A stretch of 64,000 bases of DNA from Escherichia coli (lineage in GTDB: Bacteria; Pseudomonadota; Gammaproteobacteria; Enterobacterales; Enterobacteriaceae). Positions 12,283 to 22,232 of this stretch are shown in pieces. The number at the start of each line of letters is the position of its first letter. Position 1 is the stretch's first letter. The position numbers were made by a program, and so were the translations under genes. A model generated the notes under the pieces. That model did no database searches. It saw only the letters and a program-made list of their open reading frames with translations, and was not told the DNA's origin. The stretch lies in assembly GCF_030013595.1 (NCBI RefSeq), contig NZ_CP122768.1. One strand, given 5' to 3'.

Positions 12283-13047
12283 ATGAAATTGAATATCCGC
12301 GCGCAAACTGCACAAAACCAGCACAATAATTCTCCCATCGTTCTTGTCCATGGTCTGTTTGGTAGCCTCGACAACCTTGGCGTACTGGCTCGCGATCTGG
12401 TAAACGATCACAATATCATCCTGGTTGATATGCGTAACCACGGTCTTTCACCGAGAGATCCGGTGATGAATTACCCGGCGATGGCGCAGGATCTTGTTGA
12501 TACCCTGGATGCACTGCAGATCGACAAAGCAACATTTATCGGTCACTCCATGGGCGGTAAAGCGGTAATGGCACTTACTGCACTGGCCCCCGATCGCATC
12601 GATAAACTGGTGGCGATCGATATCGCACCGGTCGACTATCACGTACGCCGGCATGATGAGATTTTCGCGGCCATCAACGCAGTCAGTGAATCGGACGCAC
12701 AAACTCGCCAGCAAGCAGCAGCAATAATGCGCCAGCATCTTAATGAAGAAGGGGTGATTCAGTTTCTGCTGAAATCTTTTGTTGACGGGGAGTGGCGCTT
12801 TAACGTGCCGGTATTGTGGGATCAGTATCCGCATATTGTGGGTTGGGAGAAAATCCCGGCCTGGGATCACCCTGCCCTGTTTATCCCAGGCGGCAACTCT
12901 CCGTATGTTAGCGAGCAGTACCGTGATGATTTACTGGCACAATTTCCACAGGCACGGGCGCATGTGATTGCAGGCGCGGGTCACTGGGTCCATGCTGAAA
13001 AACCGGATGCGGTATTACGCGCTATCCGTCGCTATCTCAATGATTAA
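12283..13047 (+). CDS. ybfF: Alpha/beta-hydrolase fold esterase YbfF (254 aa)
   Basis: ORF 12283..13047; nucleophile elbow GHSMGG. Confidence 0.9.
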   Translation: MKLNIRAQTAQNQHNNSPIVLVHGLFGSLDNLGVLARDLVNDHNIILVDMRNHGLSPRDPVMNYPAMAQDLVDTLDALQIDKATFIGHSMGGKAVMALTALAPDRIDKLVAIDIAPVDYHVRRHDEIFAAINAVSESDAQTRQQAAAIMRQHLNEEGVIQFLLKSFVDGEWRFNVPVLWDQYPHIVGWEKIPAWDHPALFIPGGNSPYVSEQYRDDLLAQFPQARAHVIAGAGHWVHAEKPDAVLRAIRRYLND

Positions 13048-13186
13048 CGCAACTGATTAAAAACCCAGCGTCCGCGTCGCTTTCCGCGCGTGGGCGTTGG
13101 CGTGACTCATCGCGCTGATGTATTATGGCGCGCTATCCATCCGGGCAGAGGCCTGGCTGATTGTTTCCCCCGAAGTCACCAAGATC

Positions 13187-13480
13187 ATGGCCAAAGAACA
13201 AACGGACCGTACGACATTAGATCTGTTCGCGCACGAGCGTCGACCGGGACGACCGAAAACTAATCCGCTTTCGCGCGATGAACAGCTGCGTATTAATAAA
13301 CGCAACCAGCTAAAACGCGACAAAGTACGTGGCCTTAAGCGTGTCGAACTGAAGCTGAACGCGGAAGCTGTCGAGGCGCTGAACGAGCTGGCGGAATCGC
13401 GCAATATGAGCCGTAGCGAACTGATCGAAGAGATGTTAATGCAGCAACTGGCGGCGCTGCGTAGTCAGGGCATCGTTTAA
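13187..13480 (+). CDS. ybfE: Small protein YbfE (97 aa)
   Basis: ORF track 13118..13480; start at internal Met ([14 protein letters not shown]...). Confidence 0.8.
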   Translation: MAKEQTDRTTLDLFAHERRPGRPKTNPLSRDEQLRINKRNQLKRDKVRGLKRVELKLNAEAVEALNELAESRNMSRSELIEEMLMQQLAALRSQGIV

Positions 13481-13619
13481 ATTTCCACTTTCATGTAGCA
13501 CAGTGTGCAGTCCTGCTCGTTTGCTGATTCCGCAAGACTGCCTGTTCTGCTATGATTGCCTTTATCCGTGGGCAATTTTCCACCCCCATTTCAATAAGTT
13601 TCAAGAGGTTATTTCACTC

Positions 13620-14150
13620 ATGGCTATCACTGGCATCTTTTTCGGCAGCGACACCGGTAATACCGAAAATATCGCAAAAATGATTCAAAAACAGCTTGGT
13701 AAAGACGTTGCCGATGTCCATGACATTGCAAAAAGCAGCAAAGAAGATCTGGAAGCTTATGACATTCTGCTGCTGGGCATCCCAACCTGGTATTACGGCG
13801 AAGCGCAGTGTGACTGGGATGACTTCTTCCCGACTCTCGAAGAGATTGATTTCAACGGCAAACTGGTTGCGCTGTTTGGTTGTGGTGACCAGGAAGATTA
13901 CGCCGAATATTTCTGCGACGCATTGGGCACCATCCGCGACATCATTGAACCGCGCGGTGCAACCATCGTTGGTCACTGGCCAACTGCGGGCTACCATTTC
14001 GAAGCGTCAAAAGGTCTGGCTGATGACGACCACTTTGTCGGTCTGGCTATCGACGAAGACCGTCAGCCGGAACTGACCGCTGAACGTGTAGAAAAATGGG
14101 TTAAACAGATTTCTGAAGAGTTGCATCTCGACGAAATTCTCAATGCCTGA
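13620..14150 (+). CDS. fldA: Flavodoxin 1 (176 aa)
   Basis: ORF track 13503..14150; start at internal Met ([16 protein letters not shown]...); flavodoxin FMN-binding signature. Confidence 0.95.
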
Positions 14151-14158
14151 TGTGATGC

Positions 14159-14186
14159 GGCGTAGACTCATGTCTACGCCGTATTA
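14159..14186 (+). terminator. Hairpin downstream of fldA (weak or partial terminator)
   Basis: GGCGTAGAC-TCAT-GTCTACGCC stem-loop directly after fldA stop; weak T tract. Confidence 0.45.
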
Positions 14187-14355
14187 ATAGATAATGCCAA
14201 TCAAAATAATTGCTACAAATTTGTAACTTTTGCTGTTGTACCTGTACAATGTCCCGGTGTTCAAGTGGCCTTGCCGTTGTAAATGTAAGCTGTGCCACGT
14301 TTTTATTAACAATATTTGCCAGGGACTTGTGGTTTTCATTTAGGCGTGGCAATTC

Positions 14356-14374
14356 TATAATGATACGCATTATC
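14356..14374. promoter_or_regulatory. Fur-box-like operator (TATAATGATACGCATTATC) in the fur upstream region
   Basis: 16 of 19 match to Fur box consensus GATAATGATAATCATTATC; overlaps the uof start codon and a TATAAT hexamer. Confidence 0.55.
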
Positions 14375-14446
14375 TCAAGAGCAAATTCTGTCACTTCTCC
14401 TAATGAAGTGAACCGCTTAGTAACAGGACAGATTCCGCATGACTGA
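14360..14446 (+). CDS. uof: Upstream ORF of fur (28 codons), translationally coupled to fur
   Basis: ATG at 14360; MIRIISRANSVTSPNEVNRLVTGQIPHD; stop at 14444-14446 overlaps fur ATG at 14439. Confidence 0.65.
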   Translation: MIRIISRANSVTSPNEVNRLVTGQIPHD

Positions 14447-14885
14447 TAACAATACCGCCCTAAAGAAAGCTGGCCTGAAAGTAACGCTTCCTCGTTTAAA
14501 AATCCTGGAAGTTCTTCAGGAGCCGGACAACCATCACGTCAGTGCGGAAGATTTATACAAACGTCTGATCGATATGGGTGAAGAAATTGGTCTGGCTACG
14601 GTATATCGCGTACTGAACCAGTTTGACGATGCTGGTATCGTCACCCGCCACAATTTTGAAGGCGGTAAATCCGTATTTGAACTGACACAGCAACATCACC
14701 ACGATCACCTGATCTGCCTCGACTGCGGCAAGGTTATCGAATTTAGTGATGATTCCATCGAAGCGCGTCAGCGTGAAATTGCCGCAAAACATGGCATTCG
14801 CCTGACTAACCACAGTCTCTATCTTTACGGTCACTGTGCCGAAGGCGATTGCCGCGAAGATGAGCACGCGCACGAAGGCAAATAA
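14439..14885 (+). CDS. fur: Ferric uptake regulator Fur (148 aa)
   Basis: ORF 14439..14885; MTDNNTALKKAGLKVTLPRLKILEVL...; C-terminal HHHDHLICLDCG metal-binding region. Confidence 0.97.
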   Translation: MTDNNTALKKAGLKVTLPRLKILEVLQEPDNHHVSAEDLYKRLIDMGEEIGLATVYRVLNQFDDAGIVTRHNFEGGKSVFELTQQHHHDHLICLDCGKVIEFSDDSIEARQREIAAKHGIRLTNHSLYLYGHCAEGDCREDEHAHEGK

Positions 14886-14900
14886 GCCAGCCGGAACGAG

Positions 14901-14930
14901 AAAAGCCAACCTGCGGGTTGGCTTTTTTAT
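14901..14930. terminator. Rho-independent terminator after fur (convergent with chiQ)
   Basis: AGCCAACC-TGCG-GGTTGGCT hairpin followed by TTTTTT. Confidence 0.75.
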
Positions 14931-14968
14931 ACACGGGAAATAAGAAAAGCGAGAGTTACAGCTCTCAC

Positions 14969-15295
14969 TTATTTGTTATTACTGCGAATTTCCTGCCAGA
15001 CCTTATCACAATCGGCTTTTACCGCCTGGTCATTACCGATTTGCGTTGCGCGCAGACACTGCTGATAATCCAGTACGCGTACACTTTCCTGGTCGGCAAA
15101 CTGCTGATGTTGTTTCTCTTTCTTTAGCACGTTTAACACGCTCTGGCAGGCTTCAATTTTTTCCGGCGAACCTTGCGCGGTGTTGATACAGGCGCTGTAA
15201 GCCTCTTTCAGACGGCTGTCTTCCTGCGGTGCGGTTGATTGCGCACAAGCTACCAGCCCCGTTGCCATCATGGCGATGAGAATCAGTTTTTTCAT
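14969..15295 (-). CDS. chiQ: Lipoprotein ChiQ (108 aa)
   Basis: ORF 14969..15295; signal peptide with lipobox LVAC; immediately downstream of chiP on the same strand. Confidence 0.9.
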   Translation of the reverse strand: MKKLILIAMMATGLVACAQSTAPQEDSRLKEAYSACINTAQGSPEKIEACQSVLNVLKKEKQHQQFADQESVRVLDYQQCLRATQIGNDQAVKADCDKVWQEIRSNNK

Positions 15296-16200
15296 AGCAA
15301 ATTCCTCAAACGTGCGGCAGGCACAAAACCTGCCGCGTCGGGCATCAGAAGATGGTGAATGGTGCGATTACCATGAATTTCACGTCGCGCTCATCCTGGA
15401 AAATGTTGCCGTAACCACCGCCCCAGCTTGGGATGTCGGAGTGGTTGTCATATTCGGTGAAATGCAGTTTGAACATCGTGCCCTTGGCGCGACCGTCCTG
15501 AATGGTGTACACCGCATCCAGGCTATATGCAGACTCTTCAATAGTCCGGTTCTTGTCGTAGTACGCATCCGGATTGCTCTGCCAGGTAGCGGGTTTAGCA
15601 TCCCATGCGTAAACGTAGGAAGCGCCGATGGCGAAGCCTGGAAGATTCCAGTTTTTCAGGTCATACATCGCACCGAAGAAGACCGCTTTTTCGCCGTTGG
15701 CGTTGAAGTCAGAACGGTTATCCCACCAGATATCCAGGCGACCGTTCGAGGAAGCGTAGGTTGGAGTCATACGTTGCAGGAAGTATCCCTGCTGACCGTC
15801 GGCTTTAACCCAGGTGCCTTCCAGACGCAAATCCACTACATCAGCCGCCCGGTAACCAAAGGTCAACGCTTGCAGCCAGGCGGTGCCGTCATAAAGATCG
15901 TTGACGCTGCGATCGTCAACTTTATCGCGCGTACCATAGAACTGGTAGCTGGTGGTTAACGGGCTACCGGCGATATCAAATTTGTAGCTGGCTTTGGCAA
16001 AATATTGATCGATATCCCCTTCTGCCTGACCAAATGCCGCTTCCAGTACAAAGTTATTTTTGAAGTCGTACTTCGCACCGATGGAGTGCAGATAATCAAC
16101 TTTGGTGGTTTTATCGTTCTGATAAAACTCATCCATTTCCAGATGCCACGGTGCTTTGTATTCGTTGGTCCACATGTAGGAGAAACTCAAGGCACCAGCA

Positions 16201-16209
16201 TCGCCGTAA
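16201..16209. repeat. Target-site duplication, left copy (TCGCCGTAA)
   Basis: Identical 9-mer directly abuts both ends of the IS. Confidence 0.9.
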
Positions 16210-17266
16210 GGCTTTGTTGAATAAATCGAACTTTTGCTGAGTTGAAGGATCAGATCACGCATCCTCCCGACAACACAGACCATTCCGTGGCAAAGCAAAA
16301 GTTCAGAATCACCAACTGGTCCACCTACAACAAAGCTCTCATCAACCGTGGCTCCCTCACTTTCTGGCTGGATGATGAAGCGATTCAGGCCTGGTATGAG
16401 TCGGCAACGCCTTCATCACGAGGAAGGCCCCAGCGCTATTCTGATCTCGCCATCACCACCGTTCTGGTGATTAAACGCGTATTCCGGCTGACCCTGCGGG
16501 CTGCGCAGGGCTTTATTGATTCCATTTTTTCTCTGATGAACGTTCCGCTACGCTGCCCGGATTACAGCTGTGTCAGCAGGCGGGCAAAGTCGGTTAATGT
16601 CAGTTTCAAAACGCCCACCCGGGGTGAAATCGCACACCTGGTAATTGATTCCACCGGGCTGAAGGTCTTCGGTGAAGGCGAGTGGAAAGTCAAAAAGCAT
16701 GGCCAGGAACGCCGCCGTATCTGGCGTAAGCTGCATCTCGCCGTTGACAGTAAAACACATGAAATCATCTGCGCTGACCTGTCGCTGAACAACGTTACGG
16801 ACTCAGAGGCCTTCCCCGGGTTAATCCGGCAAACCCACCGGAAAATCAGGTCAGCCGCCGCCGATGGCGCTTACGATACCCGGCTATGTCACGATGAACT
16901 GCGGCGTAAGAAAATCAGCGCGCTTATCCCTCCCCGAAAAGGTGCGGGTTACTGGCCCGGTGAATATGCAGACCGTAACCGTGCAGTGGCTAATCAGCGA
17001 ATGACCGGGAGTAATGCGCGGTGGAAATGGACAACAGATTACAACCGTCGCTCGATAGCGGAAACGGCGATGTACCGGGTAAAACAGCTGTTCGGGGGTT
17101 CACTGACGCTGCGTGACTACGATGGTCAGGTTGCGGAGGCTATGGCCCTGGTACGAGCGCTGAACAAAATGACGAAAGCAGGTATGCCTGAAAGCGTGCG
17201 TATTGCCTGAAAACACAACCCGCTACGGGGGAGACTTACCCAAAATCTGATTTATTCAACAAAGCC
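16210..17266 (+). mobile_element. IS903-type insertion sequence (IS5 family), 1057 bp, complete
   Basis: Perfect 18-bp terminal inverted repeats GGCTTTGTTGAATAAATC (16210-16227 and 17249-17266, reverse complement); single transposase ORF; 9-bp flanking direct repeat; length and end sequence match my recollection of IS903. Confidence 0.9.
16287..17210 (+). CDS. IS903-type DDE transposase (about 307 aa from GTG 16287; ORF track gives 322 aa from ATG 16242)
   Basis: Translation ...[36 protein letters not shown]...AADGAYDT... matches the IS903/Tn903 transposase as I recall it; ORF lies wholly within the IRs. Confidence 0.85.
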   Translation: MAKQKFRITNWSTYNKALINRGSLTFWLDDEAIQAWYESATPSSRGRPQRYSDLAITTVLVIKRVFRLTLRAAQGFIDSIFSLMNVPLRCPDYSCVSRRAKSVNVSFKTPTRGEIAHLVIDSTGLKVFGEGEWKVKKHGQERRRIWRKLHLAVDSKTHEIICADLSLNNVTDSEAFPGLIRQTHRKIRSAAADGAYDTRLCHDELRRKKISALIPPRKGAGYWPGEYADRNRAVANQRMTGSNARWKWTTDYNRRSIAETAMYRVKQLFGGSLTLRDYDGQVAEAMALVRALNKMTKAGMPESVRIA

Positions 17267-17275
17267 TCGCCGTAA
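17267..17275. repeat. Target-site duplication, right copy (TCGCCGTAA)
   Basis: Identical to 16201-16209. Confidence 0.9.
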
Positions 17276-18171
17276 TCAAAATTCGCTCCGGCTTCCGCAC
17301 CCTGATAAGTACCTGGCATAAAGCTCCAGTGCGGCGCTAACAGCGTCTGACCGGTTGGCTGAATATAACCTGCCCTCGCCCAAACCGGACCGTATTTAAA
17401 TTTGGCCGCAGCTTTATACAGGCTTATACCGCTTTTGTCGCCGGACCAGTCTTCGTCATAGGCTTTATTACTTTTTGAAAACGCGATTTCGTTCGGGTGA
17501 GAGCTGTCGCCGTTTTCCGCCATTTCAATCGCCGTAAACGCGGCAATATCAAGGCCGAACATATCAGCAGCATAACCGGACTGAAAATCGAGGTTGGCGT
17601 TCCAGGTGGAGTGAGAAAGGTTGGTTTTGTATTTGTCGCCGTCGGTAACATCTTTACGGTCGCGTTCACGCTGCCAGTAATAGATACCGCCGGTTAAGGT
17701 TGAATCGTCGATGAATCCTTCGGCGCGAGCCTCCGGCATTGCCATAAAGCCCGACATTGCTGTAACACCGGCGATAGCCAGCGCCAGCGTACTACGTTTG
17801 CCACTAAACGTACGCATGGGTTAATCCTCTTTGACGTATAAATTGCTGCACCAAAGGTGAACAGCGAAAAAAATAAAAATTAAAAAAGTAGCGTTGAGAA
17901 AAGTCTCGCTGACTACAGGAACAGACTATTTTTCGCGACGCGAATTATCAATCTCTTTCTGTAACCAGAATGTAAGAACATGAGCAACCGCACATATTTT
18001 GATGATTTTTGTTACAAGGCTTAAGTTTGCGGTTGAAAGGCTTGCAGAAGAATAAAAACGTGAAATTCCAGCAAGATGAAAGCGTTTACATTTTATTTAA
18101 TTATGATTTGTGATTTTAAATTTATTTTATGAATAAATTGCGAAGCGGAATTAATTCGCGAAGAAAAGCAG

Positions 18172-18199
18172 AAAAAAACGCCGCAGAGCGCGGCATTTT
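18172..18199 (-). terminator. Rho-independent terminator of glnS
   Basis: GCCGC-AGAGC-GCGGC hairpin with A-run on plus strand (T-run on minus strand). Confidence 0.6.
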
Positions 18200-18218
18200 G
18201 AATTGTTTGCATGTTTCA

Positions 18219-18257
18219 TGCCGGATGCGGCGTAAACGCCTCACCCGGCCTGGTAGA
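18219..18257. repeat. REP (repetitive extragenic palindrome) element
   Basis: TGCCGGATGCGGCGTAAACGCCTCACCCGGCCTGGTAG matches the E. coli REP consensus family. Confidence 0.75.
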
Positions 18258-18265
18258 ACTTAAAA

Positions 18266-19930
18266 TTACTCGCCTACTTTCGCCCAGGTATCACGCAGCC
18301 CAACGGTGCGGTTAAATACCGGTTTTTCCGCCGTAGAATGGCGGCTGTCGAGGCAGAAATAACCTTCACGCTCAAACTGGAATGCTTTACCCGCTACCGC
18401 GTCTTTCAGAGACGGTTCAGCAAAGCCCTGTTTGATCACCAGCGATTCCGGGTTAATCACCGACAGGAAATCATCCGCAGCACCTGGGTTCGGCACGCTG
18501 AACAGACGATCGTACAGGCGGATTTCAACCGGCAGCGCATGTGCCGAGCTCACCCAGTGAATAACGCCTTTCACTTTACGACCATCTGCCGGATCTTTGC
18601 TTAAGGTGTCGGCGTCATAAGTACAGAAGATGGTGGTGATATTGCCTTCGGCATCTTTCTCCACGCGTTCTGCCTTAATGACGTAAGCATTACGCAGACG
18701 CACTTCTTTACCCAGCACCAGACGCTTGTACTGCTTGTTAGCTTCTTCGCGGAAATCGGCGCGATCGATCCAAATCTCACCGCTAAACGGCACCTGACGG
18801 CTCCCCATTTCCGGTTTGTTCGGATGGTTCGGCATGGTAACCATTTCACCTTCGCCCTGATAGTTTTCGATAACCAGTTTCACCGGATCGATAACCGCCA
18901 TTGCGCGCGGGGCGTTTTCGTTGAGATCTTCACGGATGCAGGATTCCAGCGACGCCATTTCAATGGTGTTGTCCTGCTTGGTCACGCCGATGCGTTTGCA
19001 GAACTCACGAATAGAAGCCGCAGTGTAACCACGACGACGCAGACCGGAAATGGTCGGCATACGCGGGTCATCCCAGCCTTCAACGTGCTTGTCGGTCACC
19101 AGCAGGTTCAGCTTACGCTTGGACATCACAGTGTATTCCAGATTCAGGCGCGAGAATTCGTACTGGCGCGGGTGAACAGGAATGGTGATGTTGTCCAGCA
19201 CCCAGTCGTACAGGCGACGGTTGTCCTGGAACTCAAGCGTACACAGAGAGTGCGTAATACCTTCCAGCGCATCGCTGATGCAATGGGTGAAGTCGTACAT
19301 CGGGTAGATGCACCACTTGTTGCCAGTCTGGTGGTGTTCAGCAAATTTAATGCGGTACAGCACCGGATCGCGCATTACGATAAATGGCGACGCCATGTCG
19401 ATTTTCGCACGCAGGCAGGCTTTACCTTCTTCAAAACCGCCGGTACGCATTTTCTCGAACAGCGCCAGGTTCTCTTCAACGCTGCGGTCGCGGTACGGGC
19501 TGTTTTTACCCGGCTGCGTCAGGGTGCCGCGGTATTCGCGGATCTGTTCCGGTGTCAGTTCATCAACGTACGCCAGGCCTTTATTGATCAGTTCGATCGC
19601 ATAGGCGTGGAGCTGATCAAAATAATCGGAGGAGTAACGGACGTTACCAGACCAGTGAAAACCTAACCACTCAACGTCGTTTTTGATCGACTCAACATAC
19701 TCGATATCTTCTTTTACCGGGTTAGTGTCGTCGAAACGCAGGTTGCACTGGCCTTTATAGTCCTGGGCGATCCCGAAGTTCAGGCAGATAGATTTCGCAT
19801 GGCCAATATGCAGATAGCCATTCGGCTCCGGCGGGAAACGGGTGTGTACTGTGGTGTGCTTACCACTGGCCAGATCTTCATCGATGATCTGACGAATAAA
19901 GTTAGTCGGGCGGGCTTCTGCCTCACTCAT
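18266..19930 (-). CDS. glnS: Glutaminyl-tRNA synthetase (554 aa)
   Basis: ORF 18266..19930; class I aaRS HIGH motif (HIGHAKS) and KMSKS-type VMSKR. Confidence 0.97.
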   Translation of the reverse strand: MSEAEARPTNFIRQIIDEDLASGKHTTVHTRFPPEPNGYLHIGHAKSICLNFGIAQDYKGQCNLRFDDTNPVKEDIEYVESIKNDVEWLGFHWSGNVRYSSDYFDQLHAYAIELINKGLAYVDELTPEQIREYRGTLTQPGKNSPYRDRSVEENLALFEKMRTGGFEEGKACLRAKIDMASPFIVMRDPVLYRIKFAEHHQTGNKWCIYPMYDFTHCISDALEGITHSLCTLEFQDNRRLYDWVLDNITIPVHPRQYEFSRLNLEYTVMSKRKLNLLVTDKHVEGWDDPRMPTISGLRRRGYTAASIREFCKRIGVTKQDNTIEMASLESCIREDLNENAPRAMAVIDPVKLVIENYQGEGEMVTMPNHPNKPEMGSRQVPFSGEIWIDRADFREEANKQYKRLVLGKEVRLRNAYVIKAERVEKDAEGNITTIFCTYDADTLSKDPADGRKVKGVIHWVSSAHALPVEIRLYDRLFSVPNPGAADDFLSVINPESLVIKQGFAEPSLKDAVAGKAFQFEREGYFCLDSRHSTAEKPVFNRTVGLRDTWAKVGE

Positions 19931-20049
19931 CGTGGATTCCTCAAAGCGTAAACAACGTATAACGGCGTATGATCTTATAAGCGGGACAGGCTGACAACTG
20001 TTAGTTAGTGAAAATCGAAAATCTCACTGAGATTATGGGGATGATTGAT

Positions 20050-20083
20050 GAAAAAAAAGCGGCAGAGAAGATCTCCACCGCTT
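20050..20083 (-). terminator. Candidate terminator hairpin downstream of nagE
   Basis: AAGCGG...CCGCTT stem with A-run on plus strand (T-run on minus strand). Confidence 0.5.
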
Positions 20084-20093
20084 GTCATTGTTG

Positions 20094-20121
20094 GATGCGA
20101 CGCTCAAGCGTCGCATCAGGC
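20094..20121. repeat. REP-like palindrome
   Basis: GATGCGACGCTCAAGCGTCGCATCAGGC, typical REP-type imperfect palindrome. Confidence 0.65.
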
Positions 20122-20131
20122 ATAAAGCAGA

Positions 20132-22078
20132 TTACTTTTTGATTTCATACAGCGGTGTTTGACCCGCCATGACATGGCCCTGAGCTTTAATGATCAAGCC
20201 GCTGAAATCGTCGATATTGCTGCAAACCACCGGGCTAATCATCGAACGGGCGTTAGCGTTCAGGTAATCCAGATCCATTTCCAGAATCGGTTGCCCTGCG
20301 CTTACTTGCGCGCCCTCTTCCACCAGACGTTTAAAACCTTTACCTTCCAGCGCTACGGTGTCGATACCCATATGGACGACGATCTCCGCGCCTTTTTCGG
20401 TTTCCAGGCAGAACGCGTGGTTGGTATTGAAGATTTTCACGATTGTCCCTGCGGCTGGTGATACGACGATTTTATCTGTCGGTTTCACCGCCACACCGTC
20501 ACCCACCGCTTTGCTGGCGAATGCTTCGTCAGGAACCTGATCCAGTGCCACAACATCACCGGTAATCGGCGATACCAGCTCCGCGATAGACACCGCGTTT
20601 GGTACAGCCTGCGGTTTTGCTACAGGCGCGGCAGTTGCAGGCGCAGTTTCAGCTGACGCAGCGGCTACCGGACCACGGGCAACAACTTTCTTCATTGCAT
20701 CGCCAATGGATTCCGCTTTCGCGCCAACAATCACCTGAATAGTCTGTTTGTTCAGTTTCACTACCCCAGAAGCACCCAGCCGTTTACACATCGCATCGTT
20801 GACGCGAGCCGAGTCAACCACGGTCAGGCGCAGACGAGTAATACAGGCGTCAATTGCTTTCAGGTTGTCAGTGCCGCCAACCGCAGCAATATAGTTGGTC
20901 GCCAGTTGATTGAGGCCTTCTTCAGTGTTGCTGTTGGCTTCTTCAGTAACGATCTCATCTTCTTTATCTTCACGACCCGGCGTTTTCAGGTTGAACATGC
21001 GGATAACCAAACTGAACACCACGAAGTAGATAGCGAAGAAGACAACACCCATCACCAGCAGCATCCAGACGTTCTGGCTGGCGGCCGGCAGGTTATACAT
21101 CAACGCGTAGTCGATAGCCCCCGCAGAGAAGGAGAAGCCCGCGTGGATACCCAGCAGCGTTGCCACAAACAGGCTGATACCGGTCAGCAGTGCGTGCAGG
21201 AGGTACAGCAGCGGCGCAAGGAACATGAACAGGAATTCCAACGGCTCAGTCACACCGGTCAGGAACGCAGTAACAGCAACAGAAAGCAGCATACCGCCAA
21301 CCATCGGACGACGCTCTTTCGGTGCTGCAAAGTACATCGCCAGCGCCGCACCCGGCAGACCGAACATCATGATCGGGAAGAAGCCGGACATGAACATCCC
21401 CGCGGTGCCGTCACCAGCGTAGAAACGGTTGATGTCGCCGTGGAAAACCGTACCCGCCGCGTTGGTGAATTCACCAATCTGGAACCAGGCGATGGTGTTC
21501 AGCACCTGATGCAGACCGGTTGGGATCAGCAGACGGTTGATGAAACCAAAGATACCGGAACCCAGCGCGCCCGCAGAAACGATCCACTCGCCGCCTGCAT
21601 GGATAGCGTGCTGTACCGGCGGCCAGACGTAACCAAAAATGGCCGCCAGCACCAGGCAGAAGAAGCCGGTGGCAATCGGCACAAAGCGTTTGCCGCCGAA
21701 GAAGCTCAGGAAGTCAGGCAGTTTAATATCGGACCAACGGTTATAGGCTGCGCCACCAACCAGACCGGTAATGATACCCGCCAGTACACCCATGTTAATT
21801 TCTGGGTTGATGGTCACCATCGCTTTGGTTAACACAAAGTAACCTACCGCACCCGCCAGCGCCGCCGCACCTGCGCTGTCTTTCGACCAGCTGGATGCCA
21901 CACCGATGGCGAAGATTAATGCGAGGTTATCAAAAATCGCACCGCCCGCCTGGGCAATAAACGCAACGTTAAGTAAATCTGGCTGACCGAATCGCAGCAA
22001 CAGCGCCGCCACCGGCAGCACCGCGATAGGGAGCTGTAACGCCCTACCGAGTCGCTGGAAAAAACCTAAAATATTCAT
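20132..22078 (-). CDS. nagE: PTS N-acetylglucosamine-specific EIICBA (648 aa)
   Basis: ORF 20132..22078; glucose-family EIIC membrane domain, EIIB cysteine motif (…IDACITRLR…), C-terminal EIIA domain. Confidence 0.95.
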   Translation of the reverse strand: MNILGFFQRLGRALQLPIAVLPVAALLLRFGQPDLLNVAFIAQAGGAIFDNLALIFAIGVASSWSKDSAGAAALAGAVGYFVLTKAMVTINPEINMGVLAGIITGLVGGAAYNRWSDIKLPDFLSFFGGKRFVPIATGFFCLVLAAIFGYVWPPVQHAIHAGGEWIVSAGALGSGIFGFINRLLIPTGLHQVLNTIAWFQIGEFTNAAGTVFHGDINRFYAGDGTAGMFMSGFFPIMMFGLPGAALAMYFAAPKERRPMVGGMLLSVAVTAFLTGVTEPLEFLFMFLAPLLYLLHALLTGISLFVATLLGIHAGFSFSAGAIDYALMYNLPAASQNVWMLLVMGVVFFAIYFVVFSLVIRMFNLKTPGREDKEDEIVTEEANSNTEEGLNQLATNYIAAVGGTDNLKAIDACITRLRLTVVDSARVNDAMCKRLGASGVVKLNKQTIQVIVGAKAESIGDAMKKVVARGPVAAASAETAPATAAPVAKPQAVPNAVSIAELVSPITGDVVALDQVPDEAFASKAVGDGVAVKPTDKIVVSPAAGTIVKIFNTNHAFCLETEKGAEIVVHMGIDTVALEGKGFKRLVEEGAQVSAGQPILEMDLDYLNANARSMISPVVCSNIDDFSGLIIKAQGHVMAGQTPLYEIKK

Positions 22079-22202
22079 CTTATTCCCCCTACGAGAACCC
22101 TATTTGGCTCGTTTAAAGCCGTATTTTTATTTTGCTGCAAATTGTACTGCCGATGTTCTGTAATCAGATTGTTAGATCATCTGCTACAGAGTGTGTGAAA
22201 AT

Positions 22203-22224
22203 TTAATTCGTATCGCAAATTAAA
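22203..22224. promoter_or_regulatory. Candidate NagC operator in the nagE-nagB divergent region
   Basis: Quasi-palindrome TTAATTCGTATCGCAAATTAAA; a second AT-rich candidate lies about 90 bp away (around 22291-22316), fitting the two-operator looping arrangement known for this region. Confidence 0.5.
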
Positions 22225-22232
22225 CGCGTGTC

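Larger units (their letters stand above)
15345..17817 (-). pseudogene. chiP: Chitoporin gene chiP interrupted by an IS903-type element (5' part 17817..17267, 3' part 16209..15345)
   Basis: 5' fragment (ORF 17236..17817) encodes signal peptide plus about 183 aa then reads 10 IS-derived codons to a stop; 3' fragment continues the ChiP reading frame (…[13 protein letters not shown]…); the two chromosomal parts sum to 1407 nt (468 codons plus stop) once the 9-bp duplication is counted once. Confidence 0.9.

Noticed and set aside
14356-14361. TATAAT hexamer as the fur -10 element
   Set aside because: It would place the transcription start downstream of the uof ATG, so it cannot serve transcripts that translate uof; left unresolved and reported only as part of the Fur-box finding.
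16210-17266. Possibility that the IS is one arm of a composite transposon (Tn903-like) carrying cargo such as a kanamycin-resistance gene
   Set aside because: Only a single IS copy is present; chiP sequence resumes immediately on both sides and no resistance gene or second IS lies within the window.
20906-21832. 308-aa ORF antisense within nagE
   Set aside because: Shadow ORF; highly biased composition; nagE on the opposite strand is the real gene.
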